Positions 24,111-38,760 are shown, counted from the whole stretch's first letter. The stretch is 61,092 nt of DNA, filler included, from Dugesia japonica (GCA_001938525.1; 4 parts of 4 records of this genome joined end to end with filler, not necessarily neighbours in it); one strand, 5' to 3'. A program made the numbers and translations. The notes: generated by a model not told the origin, from the letters alone.

Positions 24111-25629
24111 GAAATCGGTGTTTTTAATTTGCCTGAAAAAAATTATTGATTTCGATGTTATTATCAATATACCTAATTATTTCAACTTTTCTTGAAGCGA
24201 AACCGACGTGCAATTTCGTTTTTTATATTTATAATAATATAAAAATTTTTATATTATATTTAAATATTGCATTTTATTTTGATAAAAACAAACTTACATC
24301 GATTTTATTAAATACAAATGGATACCAACATCAATTTTTTTGTAACTCGCCAAATTATATATTAAATATTTTTAAAATAAAATACGGGGTGTTATACAAA
24401 ATGACGAATTATGGGGAATGGCGAGTTATAAAGGATTTAATGTTTTATTATTTCAACAAATACATGTATCATCAGAAAATTAAAGCATCATATTATAGGG
24501 AAAACATTAGGAACATGATACATTAAAAACTGAAAAAATATTATTATTAAAGAAATTTAAAATCAATTTATTTCACAACCTAAACAATTAATTAATAAAC
24601 AGTCAACAAAAGAAAATTCATTTAAAAATGATTTCTTTTAATGGATACAGGTTATAAGACTCCCTATGATACATCCAGTAATTTAAACTTAGCGATGGAC
24701 TTGAACATTGCAAAAATACACACCACTCAAGGAGGAAATCCAGAAAAACTTACCCAAATGGAAAGTTCTCCTTGATTGGATCTCAATCGGGTGTCTGGGA
24801 TCGTGGTGCATAGAAAATGAGCCTGTACTCAAATAGATTGGGTTCCGCGCTACCACAATCAGAAAATTCGCTCTTGTCTCGATCACAAAGTGCATCGCTT
24901 GGTCGACCAATCTTTGGAGATTACACAAGGGACAAGCTGACAATCTGAAGATTGTAGAGATCAAAGACTCCAGACCCAAAATGTCTGACGTGGATGAAAC
25001 TTTTTAGGGTTCCAATTAAATCCCGCCATTTTGTTGCGCCATCTTCTTTTTCTTCTCTTTTTGTTTATTAAATATACATCTTCAAGCTGGCCAAACCGGG
25101 ACATGATTAAGTCAGGGTTGGATTTTCTAACCTGAAATATGCTTTTGTATATCGCAGCGTATCAATATGTGTAGTTAAAAAAAAGATCACAGATTTTTAC
25201 CTGTAAATAGTTAGGTTGAAAATTAGAAAAATTCTAATAAAAAGAATTTGAGAATTCAATTAAATTAAAATGATTAAAGAAAAAGAAATTTTGAGAATTA
25301 AATTACAATTATAAATTCAATTTATTTAATCTAATTAAAATAAATGATATTTATATAATCTAATTTTACATTTAATAATTCAAATTAAATATCTTTATCA
25401 TCATTACTGATAATAACAATGTATCAAATAATTTTATTTTCGACGACGAATCTACTAGTGCAAGAAATACTAATAGTCATAATGATAATTTAGCAAATAA
25501 TGTTTTGTTCGACATAGAGTTTATCACTAAGTGATAATATTATCATAATAAACGATAATTATCGTAAAAACCCAAAAATCAAAAGCTTTGAATCTAGCGG
25601 TGATATAGATATTAATTTCAAACTTGGCG

Positions 25630-26760
25630 ATACAGCTACTTAGTCTATTCCTCTTAAATCTTTTTTTTCGAGATAGCATCCTTTTGAAAAATTTATTGGT
25701 AACAGTTAATCTAAATATTATATATCCACGGAATTAAGAAAATCGTTCTTTCACAAAAAATATATTTTATCGTAAATCAAGTAATGAAGTTTTATTTAGA
25801 ACATGGCTCTTTTATTCAATAAAATCAGATAGAGTATTCTGCATTTGTTGCAAATTGTTATGCATTTCTATGTCATTGTTAGGATATGAAGGATGTCACA
25901 ATTAGAAACATATTCATAGTTATTTTTAAATTCTTCTGAACTCAAAAAAAGCATTTTTAAATTATTTTGAAGTTCTTCAGCGATCGAAATTTGGAAAAAA
26001 ATATGGAGTTGTAATTTGTCATTCTAAAAGAACGAAATAACTGAAAGGTAGTTTTTGAGAGACTGTATAACATAATTTTATATTTAACTCGACATAATCA
26101 ATCATTTAAAAGCTCGTACAATAAACTTTTTTCTCCAAACAAAGGTTTGAGGAAGTATCGAATTATTAAGTAAATATGATGTGACTATGCATGAACACGT
26201 TTGTCGCCTTCTTTTTTTTATAAGGAAACTAATACCTCTTATTGTAGTAATTGAATTCAGGGTGAAACTTTATTATTAATGTCATCTGCAGTTAAGAATA
26301 CTATTTTTAACTGCGTCAAAAAATCCAAATCTTTCAGCGTTATTTTAAACTGTACACCTGATATCAGTCATAAAGAGCAATTATCATTTACAATCTGTTA
26401 CGTAAATATCAATGACCGCAATAGTAAACGTAAAATTTTATCAACTATCAAAATTAGAAAAATCGGTAGGAGAATCAATTTACGAAATTTTCAAGACCAT
26501 ATTAAAAACAGTAATTTAAATTTAGAAAATTATTGAGTTCAAGGTTATGAAAATAGTTCAAATATGAAGGGGAACAACAAAGTAGTTCAAAAACGGATTC
26601 GAATTGAAAATTCACGAGTTTTTTGTTCCTTGTGATTTATATTCTTTGAATTTAGTTATCTGTCATTCAGAGTCAGTATCTTTTTTCGCAACCATAAATA
26701 AACCTTATATATTATTTTAGTCTCAACAGGAAGACGGAAAAGATCATTAGATAACTTATT
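25630..26760 (+). pseudogene. hAT transposase (ZMYM1/DUF4371-type) pseudogene
   Basis: RTWLFYSIKSDRVFCICCKL (TTF-type zinc finger), FSVILNCTPDISHKEQLS, QGYENSSNMKG. Frameshifted. Confidence 0.8.
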
Positions 26761-26779
26761 ATTAGATAAAAACCGTTGA

Positions 26780-28761
26780 AAAAGACATTCTAACAGTTCA
26801 TGCTATTGCTGAAATATTGCTGGTGCTGTTGCTAGTTCAAAAGGCATATGATTGAAATAAAACTGATCATATTTGGTACTAAAAGCTGTAACAGCTCCAC
26901 TTGATAGAACGCGTGATCCAAATCTATTGTTGAAAAATATTTGGAATCTACCCAACAGTCATATAACATCTGCATAGCTGGTATAGAAAATGTAAACTTC
27001 TCGGTGATTGCTTTTATTCGCCTGAAATCAACACCAGTTCAAATCGATTTATCTTTTCACCAATCACCACAAAAAGAGAATTACATGGGCTTTTGAATTT
27101 GAAAACAATGCCAACAATTACGAAATGTGACAACCAATTCACCAACCTTTGACTCAAGATGTATGTGTTGTCTTCTTAGGTGTTGTAAAATAGGTATGCT
27201 TGTCACTTTGATATAATGTTGAATTATAGTTGTATGCCCAATGTCAAAAGTCGATGTCATAAAAATATTGCAAAATTTACCAAATAAATTATGTAATCGC
27301 ATACTTGGTTGACCTTTTAAAAATGATGTTTTAGAATTTCTTCTATCAATGTCTGATATTTTCATGTTCAAATCAACNGAATCAATATTGTAAACTGCGC
27401 ACAATTTGACTCCAAAACACTTCATCAAATCCACACCGCCAATAAAATTTGGTTGCAGTTTTTTCAACAATCATTTCTGCTTATTATTATTTAAATTATT
27501 ATTAAATTGTTTAGGACCTCCGACTTTCTCCATGTTTTTTCATTCACTACTGTTACTGATGCTCCCTTCTGATCTACACATCTTTATCAAACTACATTGC
27601 CTATCATTTGCAGTCTCTAACATCTCAACATCTTTTTCATTCCGATTTTGAAATTCTTTATTGAATCAACCCAACAGACGAAATATATGCAATGGGAGCT
27701 GTCTGATTTTTTTACTTCTTCAAATTTATCTTGCGAACAATTTATTTGATTTATACCTTCTGATTCCTCGTAAATAAATATCCCTGATCTTCTTGATGGC
27801 CTCCAGAAGTAAGCATGATCGAAAAAATAAGCACGTTTACCGCAAATCAAACATTTGTTCTTTAATGGACAGTGCTTCTCAGATAGTCTTCTCCACCACA
27901 ACAGAAACATTGACTAAATCGAAGAAATTCATCTTTAGGTGGTGAAAGACCTATACACTAATTTTATATTCGTCTAGCTATGTTTTCATAGAATACATTT
28001 GGGCATCTTTTCTTCTTGAATTAGGATAGTTATGGGTTTCTATTTCGTTTATTTCATTTCGTTTTCTAAAATCATCATTTTGTGGTCGTTTGATAATTGA
28101 TGAGGATTCAATAATGGGTCACTGTTACATTCAACCATAATCAGAATTACTTTGTGCTTTTTGTCTATGCTCTCCTCCATTGTGATGACGTTTTGTAACA
28201 TAACTGCATTTCATTCTCCATTAGCTTCAGTTCTCTATTTTCATAACGTTTAGTCAAACTGCTAATATTTCCTATTGGCATATTTGGTGATGAGAGCTTC
28301 TTTAAGTCCGACATTTCTTGCGCATTTAGAAAGAAAATCACTGACAACTTCTTCTTTGAACAATCCAGAACACACTAGTTGGACTCAAATTTTGTAGGCA
28401 GCCAATCTCTCATCATGATTTTGTTTTACCTCTGAAAATTCCATGAGTAAATATGTGATGGATTTCTTTATCACAAAGGTTTCTGTAAACCACTCTCTTA
28501 TTTCTTCTTTTGTTGTGATTTCTGATTTAAAAGTTTTCCACAAAGTTGCAGCCTCTTTAGACAAAAGCAAATCAAGGTTCCAGATAAGTATAACTTCTTG
28601 ATTGTTAGCCATTCTTTGAAATTCTTTATCCACCTTTCGATTTCATCAAAGTCTCTGCCGTATAAGCGTCAAATTTGAAAAATTAATTAATTCTTAGCTT
28701 TCTTTGGTAAAACTTAGACTGATTGCAAGTTATGACATTAATATTTTCGTCGAAGTCGCCA
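26780..28761 (-). mobile_element. Decayed Ty3/Gypsy retrotransposon (PBS-like site, gag with zinc knuckles, RT fragment)
   Basis: TGGCGACTTCGACG at 28761-28748; gag-like ORF 28385-28633; Cys knuckles ~27820-27910; RT motif MPFELATAP ~26820-26850. Confidence 0.8.
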
Positions 28762-29085
28762 GTAAAACCATTCTTAATATTTGATTCACACCTTAAATAA
28801 TCACGCTGAAACCAAAATTCATTTAATAAAACAAAACAAAATTATGTATTACATTACTGTTACAAAATATTATTTAACTGAAATTTTATAGACAACTAAT
28901 CAGAATACAATAAATTATTATCAGGTTAGATTTATGCTATTATAAACTCATTAAACCTTTAAGATTTATATTAAATGCGCCCAATCAGATTTCAAGAAAT
29001 TATTATTATGTCATTATTTTTTTTGTATTTTAAATCTTATTCAGCTTTATTTAGTATAGTTATGAACAATATTAACATTAAATAG

Positions 29086-29988
29086 TTAAAAATAAATAAT
29101 ATTACCCAATATATCATACTCCATTCTATAATGATTTCTTAAATTGTTTTCTGATTCAATTACGCGTAATTTCGATGCTATTCTGAGATATATTGGAATA
29201 ATTACAACAAGTTTAAGCCACGTAACTGTCACATAAACGTAATAAATTCTCGAACTGATAATATCACATTGGCACTGAAAAAAGCTGTGACCTTTTGTAC
29301 CGATATCAAGTATTAGAGCAACAATTGCAACTAATAATGGCATTATAAAGCAAAAATGTTTTAAAGACGATTTAATTACTCGCAACTGAGTTTCTTGATA
29401 AAAAATGATTGAATAAACGTGAATAAATAGTGACAACATAGATGAATGATAAAACAAATCCAAGAACAATGGTAGAAATGTGAAAAGCATGCACCATTCA
29501 TAAGTTGCACGACTAGAATTTATGAAACACATAGCAATCAATATAAATAAGTGTGATGATTTTGCTTTTAACAGCCAGACAACAAATCTCCAATTGAAAT
29601 CCTTGACAATTTCTGGATATTCTGATATATAATAAATTCCGGTTTGATAAATCAATAATATAAATGGATTGATAAGTAACATAAATGTTCTTTCTATTGT
29701 TATACGATAATAGAATTCTTTTGAATAGCAATCATCATAAACTTTACTGTCATTATAATTCCAACTTCCATTATTACAAATCGGTTTGATATAAGTGACA
29801 AAAAACGGGCATAATATTTCTTTATTTTCATTCATTTGATGTGGTGATAAACAAATTTGATAAGCCCATTTATTAGCACAGGTCAAATTTACAAACTTTG
29901 AACATTTCTTCTTTTCAGTTTTAAAAAACGTTGAAAATTTAGATTTCATGTGTTCCAATGAATTATCAGAAGGAGTTAGATAATACAT
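29086..29988 (-). CDS. 300-aa protein with Cys-rich N-terminal region and several predicted TM helices (divergent receptor-like)
   Basis: Uninterrupted 903-bp ORF with about five to six hydrophobic segments. No family recognised. Confidence 0.6.
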   Translation of the reverse strand: MYYLTPSDNSLEHMKSKFSTFFKTEKKKCSKFVNLTCANKWAYQICLSPHQMNENKEILCPFFVTYIKPICNNGSWNYNDSKVYDDCYSKEFYYRITIERTFMLLINPFILLIYQTGIYYISEYPEIVKDFNWRFVVWLLKAKSSHLFILIAMCFINSSRATYEWCMLFTFLPLFLDLFYHSSMLSLFIHVYSIIFYQETQLRVIKSSLKHFCFIMPLLVAIVALILDIGTKGHSFFQCQCDIISSRIYYVYVTVTWLKLVVIIPIYLRIASKLRVIESENNLRNHYRMEYDILGNIIYF

Positions 29989-31389
29989 AATATAAATAAA
30001 TTGTATTTGTGTTTATAAGAAAATATAAATATACATTTTATGAACATATTGGTTTTAAAATTTAAAAATCGATTGGAAATTTATAGTAATTTTTAGTTGA
30101 AGTATATTATTTTCTTTTAATTAAATAAAATAATAACCAAATAATAAATACAAAAATTTGAAAATTTTTATTAAAGTATTTAATTATCAGTTTCAGCTAT
30201 TTCGATTTAAATAATTAACTAAATTTTTACATTTTAATATTAAATTTACACTGGATTCCATCATTTTGGATATCATTACANNNNNNNNNNNNNNNNNNNN
30301 NNNNNNNNNNNNNNNNNNNNNNNNNNNNNNNNNNNNNNNNNNNNNNNNNNNNNNNNNNNNNNNNNNNNNNCTACTGATATTCGTTTGACACACACTCGCA
30401 TTTGATTTCATAATACAGAGAAGATAAAAAGTTTCAAGCGATGATCTATTACATACAAAAATTTTAATAAGTTTATCCAAACACAAGTTCATACAAAAGT
30501 AATTCCATTAAGCCCTATAAATTAATTTCATAAAGTAAAGCATAATTTTAATTGTTTAATACAACTGAGTTAAAGACATACAAAATGCATACAGCACGAT
30601 TGCAAGTAAAATAAAATAACGAACCAATACATTCTATAAACCCGATACAACACCAATTAAGCCAATAAACCTGATATAACGATAAGCCCTAATAAACTCA
30701 ATGAAAAAAATGATGCCTTATACACCTAACAAACAAAATTAAACAATATGAACTCAATAGATGAGGTGTATTGGAATACAGTAGTAATACATGTCAACAT
30801 GAAACGAACCCCCGTCGGTAAATTTTTTTTGTCGGAGGATTTTTTTATCGATTTTTTTCGTTTTTTATTTTTTTCCAGGTCACGAGTAACACCATCGAAT
30901 AAATAACTAAAAAGTAAGATAGGAATGTGTAATGAACTTGTATCATAAAATAATTCCTTCCCCATTAAAAACGCATTCAAAATATTTATTTTTTGATTAC
31001 ATAAATTTTGCAGTTTTCTGATTCTTCTGTGCTCAATTTCCATCCTATAAAAACAAATTTGGCATCATTAGACGCACAATAAGGAGCCGCGTAATGCCAT
31101 GTCGGGTACGTCCTTAAAAAGCTATCAAAGATAAGTATTTGTCAAATGAGCGGAATGAACCATATACAATATATTTTTCAATCTTTCACTTTATCCAATA
31201 TGGTCGTTTTTGAAGATTTTTCCCACTCAATGACAAAAACCTTTAAATTTCAATCAAAATTTTCAAAGAAATTAAATAAATGAGGCCCGTGAGAAATGGT
31301 GAAAAAATGAAAAAATATACCGCAAGGTTTATTCCGCCCATTCGACAACTACTGCACAACTAAATAAATAAAACAAAATAATATTAAAA

Positions 31390-32570
31390 TGAGTAGATAG
31401 ATAGTGCAGCACGGGAACAGTACCCCTCCCGCCGCCGACTGTTCTTAACAATTTGACTGTTTTGGTGTTTTTGACAAGTAGGTTTTTAATTGGACGTTAC
31501 GAATAAATGAAAAAATATTCGAATTTTGGTTGGAACGGTCGAATATTTGCTCGGGAAGGTCGAATATCGAAATTTTGTTTTTTTAAATTTTTCGGTCAAA
31601 TTTTATTGTATAGTTTTGAATTTGATATTGATGGTCATAGAATTAAAAACTAAACATCTTTTGTATAGGGTTTGCTATATAAATGTTTTTAGTTTCCAAG
31701 ATAAAGGTAGTGCAGCACGGGAACACTTTGACTTGTTTTTTAAATTTCTCGACCAATATTTGTTATATGGTCATGAAAATGATGGCATTTAATTCAAATT
31801 AAAATTCCAAACATATTTTCTATAGTTTTAGTTCAAAAGTCAGAAAATTCACAGGAGCCATGTCGCACTGAGGATGAAAAATTAATTTTTCGAGAAATAC
31901 TTATGATAATCAAACAAATTTGATATTACTGAACTCAGAATTAAACGCTGAACATTTTCTACATAAAGTTTGCTATATAAATATTTTTAATTTACAAGAT
32001 AAAGGTAGTGCAGCACGGGAACACTTTGACTTGTTTTTTACATTTCTCGATCAAAACGTATAGTATTGATTCACAAATAGTACTATTCGATTAAGAATAA
32101 AATTCTAAACATATTTTGTATAGGGTTTGTTGTGTAAATATGTTTGTTTCAAAAGATAGAAAAATACCGGGTACCATGCTCCACCTTGAATAAAAGAAAT
32201 TATTTACTCTAGAAATATTTATGATAAGCAAACAAATTTAGTATCGTTGAACTCAGAATAAAAAACTGAACATAATTTGTATAGGCTTTACAGTATAAAA
32301 ATCCTTCATTCAAGAAATAATATATAAAATTAATTATAAATTATAATTATATTCAAAATAATAATAAATTTCAAATGATTTACCGATTTAACTCATAATT
32401 AAAATTTGAACATATTTCATATAAGGTTTGCTGTATGAAAATTCTTCGTACAAGAAATAATATATAATTATATAATTAATTATAAATTATAATTATAATT
32501 CAAATAATTATAATAATTTAAAAAATATTTTTAGACCATTAAACTCAGAATAAAAATCTATACATGTATA
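31390..32570. repeat. Dispersed repeat with ~150/300-bp internal tandem subrepeats
   Basis: aagataaaggtagtgcagcacgggaacactttgacttg at ~31698 and ~31996; recurrent gaactcagaat..aaa..ctgaacat. The left end matches the reverse of 2650-2695. Confidence 0.7.
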
Positions 32571-32739
32571 TAATTTTACTTTTCACAAAACATGCTTGGT
32601 TCTCTCAGAAAGACCTGTGGCAGAAAATGTGGTATTACTATGCACTGTGTGCGTGCTGTGTTATTTAAACTGTACTGTGGCTGTGGCTGTGGTATTTCTA
32701 TATACTCTCGGTGTGTGTGCTGTGTTACAATAATAATAA

Positions 32740-32742
<3 letters not shown>

Positions 32743-32801
<59 letters not shown>
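32743..32801. repeat. (AAT)n microsatellite at scaffold end
   Basis: Pure ataataata run abutting the gap. Confidence 0.95.
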
Positions 32802-35800
32802 NNNNNNNNNNNNNNNNNNNNNNNNNNNNNNNNNNNNNNNNNNNNTTAATTAATTAANNNNNNNNNNNNNNNNNNNNNNNNNNNNNNNNNNNNNNNNNNN
32901 NCCTGCCAGATATGCAGCTATTTTAATACTTTGTTTTATAATCACTAATTATTTAATATTTTATTATTCACGATTTCTACAATATATATTACCCAAGTAT
33001 ATTACCAAGAATTTTGTTGGTAACAAAAATAAACTATAATTTACGTCTCTCTTTTCTAATTTGGGTCTCCTTTTTCTAAATTTTGATACTTTATGATAAA
33101 ATTGCTTCACAAAAGTGCTGATAATACGAGTTGCCAGAATTTTAAAATTTTAAACTATATGAAATTGTATTTCAAATAAAAATTGAAAAATTGTGTTTGT
33201 TTTCTTTCGTATCTCCCAGTTTTATCACCACTAGAGAACAGGAAAATGCTGCTGGTTAGCAAGCCAATCAGAACGGCATATTCTCATTTTACCTCTGCTG
33301 ATTGAATGAAAGTTCACGATTACCCTGTGCGTAACTCTTCCTCTTCTTATGTTACCATTTTATCGCACACTAACTTTTTGTACTGACTTTTACTTTGTTG
33401 GTCACCTCGTGTGACCTCTGACTAATTTTGGTTTTCGCTATGTGAAGTCTTTGTCTGGATTAGGGTGAGTAACTTGTTTGTTACTAATTTTATTCTGTAT
33501 TTCACCCTAATCAGACAGTTACTGAACCAGAATGGCGAAGTTAATTAAAACAATAATACTATTAAACGATAATTACAGTTATTTATAATAACCAAAACGG
33601 GTCATAGAGACTCTTTTAATTCAATATTATATTATTTTAAATTATTTTTATTATTTAATTCATCATTTTCTCTTCATATATTAAATTTTTATTTTCATGT
33701 CCCCAAATTAGGGTCATTTACGCCCAATTTTCATTTTTCTCTATATTTTATAATAATCTCATAATCATTATAATAATAATAATTACATAATAATAATGAT
33801 AATAATTATAACAATAATCAAAATTCTGATCCAACACTAATTTTTTCTTAACTTTCTACTCATTTCTCGTGTTTATTCTTCAGTGGTCTGGAAAGTTTTT
33901 ATAACTTTTTATTACTCAAAATTTGGCGTTCATTTCGGTTCCATAGACACCTTAATTTTTCAAATTGGATCAGAATTACAAACACTGGTACACTTTTACA
34001 TAAATTGTATAATGAATGTTAATTAAAAATATAATAACAATAAGTAAAAAAAATATGATAAAAATAGAAAACTTAAGATTTCGACATGAAAACAAAGTAA
34101 ATCAATACTATTCATTTAGGCAATGTATAGATAGATCTTAATTATCAATCGAATGGTATAAAAAATTGCGCTGTAAAACATTTCTAAAATATTTTTTTAA
34201 TCAGTTTTTGTGAAATAATAATAAGAGTATTAAATGTCTTGATTTTGAAAATATTACACTAATGTGTGTCATCCAATTACATATCCATTGATACCAAGTT
34301 TGTCTCGATTGGACTATAAATAGACGAACTGAAACACCTTTTTCACAAAGTCACGATAACCGATCAGGTGTTGCCTTGTGCTCCTACCCTTTATATAGAG
34401 AACAAAGCACTTTACACCAAACATTCTTTATCCAATGTATAGATAGAATGTTGGTCCTACTTTGTTATCAACGGTTTTGATTCGAAACAGTGGAAATCAA
34501 TAACTGTATCGTACCGCTGAGTGCTAAAAGTGGTTTTTGTGAATATCGATTTGTGCATTTGGCACATTTAAATTAAAATAGCAACAAAATGAGCAAGTGC
34601 ACATTCCGCTTGCATAGATACCAAATTTGATCCGATCAGAAAAATTGCATCCTTTTTTTAAAAATTTATAAAATATTTACTGATACAATTTTTAAAATTT
34701 TTCCGCCAAAAAATTTTAAAACTTTTTTCCATCACTAAAACATATATAAATATTTGCACCACATAGTATCTGTTAGTGAAGGGATGGGTGTTTTAGTTTA
34801 GCAAAAGAAAGAAATAATTGAAGTAAAAACCGGATTAGGGAATTAAAACTTGTTAAATAACCGGCAAAATCTAGAATTACAGCAGGAAACAACTCAGAAA
34901 TAAAAAATCCAAAGAAGAAAAGAAGTAATAAAAGCTATTAGCAGGATAAAGAAAATAATAAATAACAATCAAGCAAGTAGTTCATTAAGCAAAAATAAGG
35001 AATTCATGTTGAATTAATAATTGAAGAAAGAAAAAATAAAATAAATGAAATAATTAGTGAAAGAAAACGACGAAATTAAATTAATTCTAGATCAGAAAAG
35101 AAAAGGAAACATTTAATTAACAATTAAGAAGAAAAGAAAATAAATTATTTATTTAATAAAATAAATCAGACAAATTAAAATGATTTATTTTAAAAAAGAA
35201 AATTAAATTTATTTGAAAATATAGGAAAATGAAGACTTTCGATTGGATATAAATTAGCAAGTAAGAAAATTATAATCAATAAAAAATCCGAGATTTCGAA
35301 AATCCAAGCTAAAAACTCATAGTAAGACTAAGAATTAAGATACAAGGGTCTGAAGAAATCCAGTAATATTGGAATTCAAAAATCTCAACCAATAAGAAAA
35401 GCCAGGTGACAAAATTAGAATAAATTAACCAATAGAAACGCGAAAAATGAAATTCAATCAATGAAATGGACCAGGGTGTATCAGGAAACCAGTATAAATA
35501 CTGATGAAATTTTTCAATAAAAGGTTCCATAATAAATACTGAAATCAAACTCTGAACAGAAAATCTAGGAAATTACAAACGGTATATATTTCTCTATTTG
35601 ATTTTGTGCAACGGTTTCCGACTGGAATAAACTATGGGAAATTATGGAGGGCCCCTGGAGTCATTAATAACTACCGAGGAGATGTCTATCCAAGTGCTGT
35701 GATTGCTCCAGGATCAGAATGCATACCATGTTAGTTCTATTGCTTATCGTAATTTTTAAATTAATTTATAACAAGTGAAAGCTTACAATTATAATATATC

Positions 35801-36716
35801 TTTCATTTGATAAATTCTTTTGTTTTTATAACAATAAATTTGATCATAGACTCTTATACAGTATTAATTATTAAACCGAAAGTATCAAATAAATTAACTA
35901 AGTTAAACCTTCATATCTACTCTCAATACGTTCAAATAAGATCGTTACCCATTGGTAAGGATGCCCCGTGGCAGAAGATAAGGATATCTTCTTTCAAATA
36001 AGTAATAATAGGTAGGTTACTGTCAATGATGATTAACACTAACCACGACCCTAATAACGTCTTTCTAGCGGACAGCAGTAGTAATTAGGAACTGGAGTTT
36101 GGTTGTTAATAAGTGGGGTAAAGTTATTCTTCCCCCACTAAGCCTAGACTTTTTAATAGGCAATGATTTAACTCCTTATTGATAATAATAATAATGACAA
36201 GTGACTAGGGCGGAGATCGATAATGATTAAAGAAATATTTTAGTAAAGATAAAACCTGTATTGTCACTACCATAAATTCCCTCAATAATATCTCCAACAA
36301 TGACTTTCACTAACTTGTAAAGTTGAAAGGAAATAGCAAGACTCTACAGCCGATAAAGTCACCAAGGCCAACAATACATTATAAATGAAAGCGCGAATCA
36401 CGGAAGATGAACCCGAACAAAAGGAATGTGAGTCTTTACTCGAACTATAGGTTATGAGTAAACGGCTCCATTCCTGAAGATCTGGATTTTCAGGGACACC
36501 ATATTAAATACTTTGTGGGGTTTTATTAAGCTCAAACGACCCTAGACTTAATTATAAAAAATCAATCCACCTATGTAAAACCACAACATTACAATTAAAA
36601 TTCAATGAAAAGTGATTTTACTCAGATTTATTTAAAATTTGTCTTAATGTCAAAGTTTGTAATAGGAATGGAAGGTTATAACAAAATATTGAACACAATT
36701 TGTTTTACCAAACTCC

Positions 36717-38760
36717 TTAATAGCTTCGATTTCGTATACCTTTCACGCTCACAATATGTATCAGAAATTTAATTTCTTGTTTTAGAAATTCACACTTCTC
36801 AGGATTAACTCTTAACCCCGCACCCATTATCCGTTTCAATACTTCCTCTACTACAATGTAATGACTCGCCTCATCCTTTGAAAAAACTAATAATATTGCT
36901 CCCTTCAGATTATTTATCACTTTCTCCTGGAATGTACTAGGCGCTGCTGCTATTCCAAATGGCATCTTGGTAAAACAGTATTGCTTGTGATTTATCGAAA
37001 ATGCGGTTTTCTCTTGAGAATCTTTTTCTAGTTCTGCATTATCCAAGTCAATCGAGCTAAAATATCTATTTCCGTGGAACTGTCCAACTTCTCATCTATA
37101 TTTGGCATAGGAAATGCTTGTCTTTCAGTTATCGTATTTAATCTTCTAAAATTCAAACACAGTCTAATATCCTTTTTCTTTCTTCCAGATACATACTAAC
37201 GGCGCATTCTAAGCTGAATTACATTTCCAAATAATTCCATTCTCCACCAAGTTCCGAATCGTCTCTTCAACATGGTTTTTTAGTTGTAATGGAATTCTAT
37301 ATGGTTTCTTTTTGATTGGCTCTCCATTTGTCACAATTTTATGTTTAGCCAAATGAGTACAACCCACATCCTATTTGGAAGCCATAAAAACATTTACTCT
37401 CCTCTTGCAAATCTCTTGTGCTTTACTTCCATTTACAATACCTGCCGTTTTTTCACTCTTTCCCGTTTATCTACTTCTGCAGCTTCCATACCCAATCTTG
37501 TTTCAATGTTTTCTAACAATTCTCTCCTGTTAATTTCTCTATTTGCATTACTTTCTCTCTTAAGTTGAAACCCAAAAATGTGTTGAAAATTTATTCCTCC
37601 AATAACATTTAAATACACACTTTCCACCAATATAAATTCAACTTCTGCTCTTTTCTCTCTCAGCTGAACTTTCAATCGTATATTCCCTTTAGTATTTAGG
37701 CCACTACCATTAGCACAATGTAACTTTTATCCTGTAGCTTCCACTTTTACTTCAAGCGATTTCTCTAAGCATGACTCGTTAATCATATTAATACAAGCTC
37801 CTGTATCAAAAAGATAGTCCATTACAACTCCACCAATAATTATTGTTAAACTTGGTCTGCCCTGCATTTTATCGAAACTTATTTTTACCTGTTGACCTCC
37901 TGACAATACTTCCACCCACTCCTCAACATTATCCACATGAAACTTCTCTTTCTTTAGAAAACTATATATTTTCTCATAGATTTTCTCTCTATTTTTCCAT
38001 TTCTCTACTCTATGAGGACCTTCCTTGATTGAATTTTCTAATAAATGACTCTAACCACTTCCTCCTTTATTGAAGCTTTCCAATTTGGGTACAGTATCTC
38101 TGATCCATATTCAAGAAGGAAACCTTCTCGTTGATTTCCTTCTTCTTGTGTTTCACTGCATTAAAATAATCATACCAACTTCTCTGTTCCTTTTTTCTAT
38201 TTTTTTCTATCTTCCATTTTGCTTTTTCCTCCATATTATCGGCACCCTGATGCTCTGTGACCGGTCCTACCACATTGAAAACATCTCTCTTTCTTACACT
38301 CTCTTCTCATGTGTCCCATTTCTCCGCATCCAAAACATTTCTTTGTGAGCAATCTCTACTTAGTTGATCTCGTCGTGTGCATGTCCAACATTCTCACTTT
38401 TGGTTCCGTTTTCTGTGTACTCACTACTTTTGCGTAGCTACGTATCATGTTAATTTGCTCCCTTTTCTTCTCTACTCGATCTACTAGAACTAGTGTTTCC
38501 TTAATTTCCCCCGGAGTATGTAACTTCCGCAATACTACCTATTCTTCTACTTTTCAGTTTTCAGACATCCATAACAGCACCTTAGCAACTAACCTCTCCT
38601 TTGTGAAATCTTTATTCTTAAATATTCTGTTCAACATAGATTCTACCGTCTTGATATATACGTCTATTTTGATATTATACCTCTCGGTAATGGAGTTGGT
38701 GCTTACCACTGCCACCATGTGAGACATAGATACCTCAGAATTTCCTAAATTTTCATTTAA
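36717..38760 (-). mobile_element. Decayed Ty3/Gypsy gag-pol (protease, RT)
   Basis: Protease YLFDTGA (37727-37936); RT EKTAFS...MPFGIAAAPSTFQ...LRVNPEKCEF (36717-37046). YxDD region missing; many frameshifts. Confidence 0.85.

Noticed and set aside
30370-31046. 105-aa ORF and hydrophobic downstream frames as a gene
   Set aside because: No recognisable homology or consistent exon structure; interrupted by a gap.
32592-32849. Cys-rich/poly-Ile ORF
   Set aside because: Product of TGTG-rich low complexity and the (AAT)n microsatellite running into a gap.
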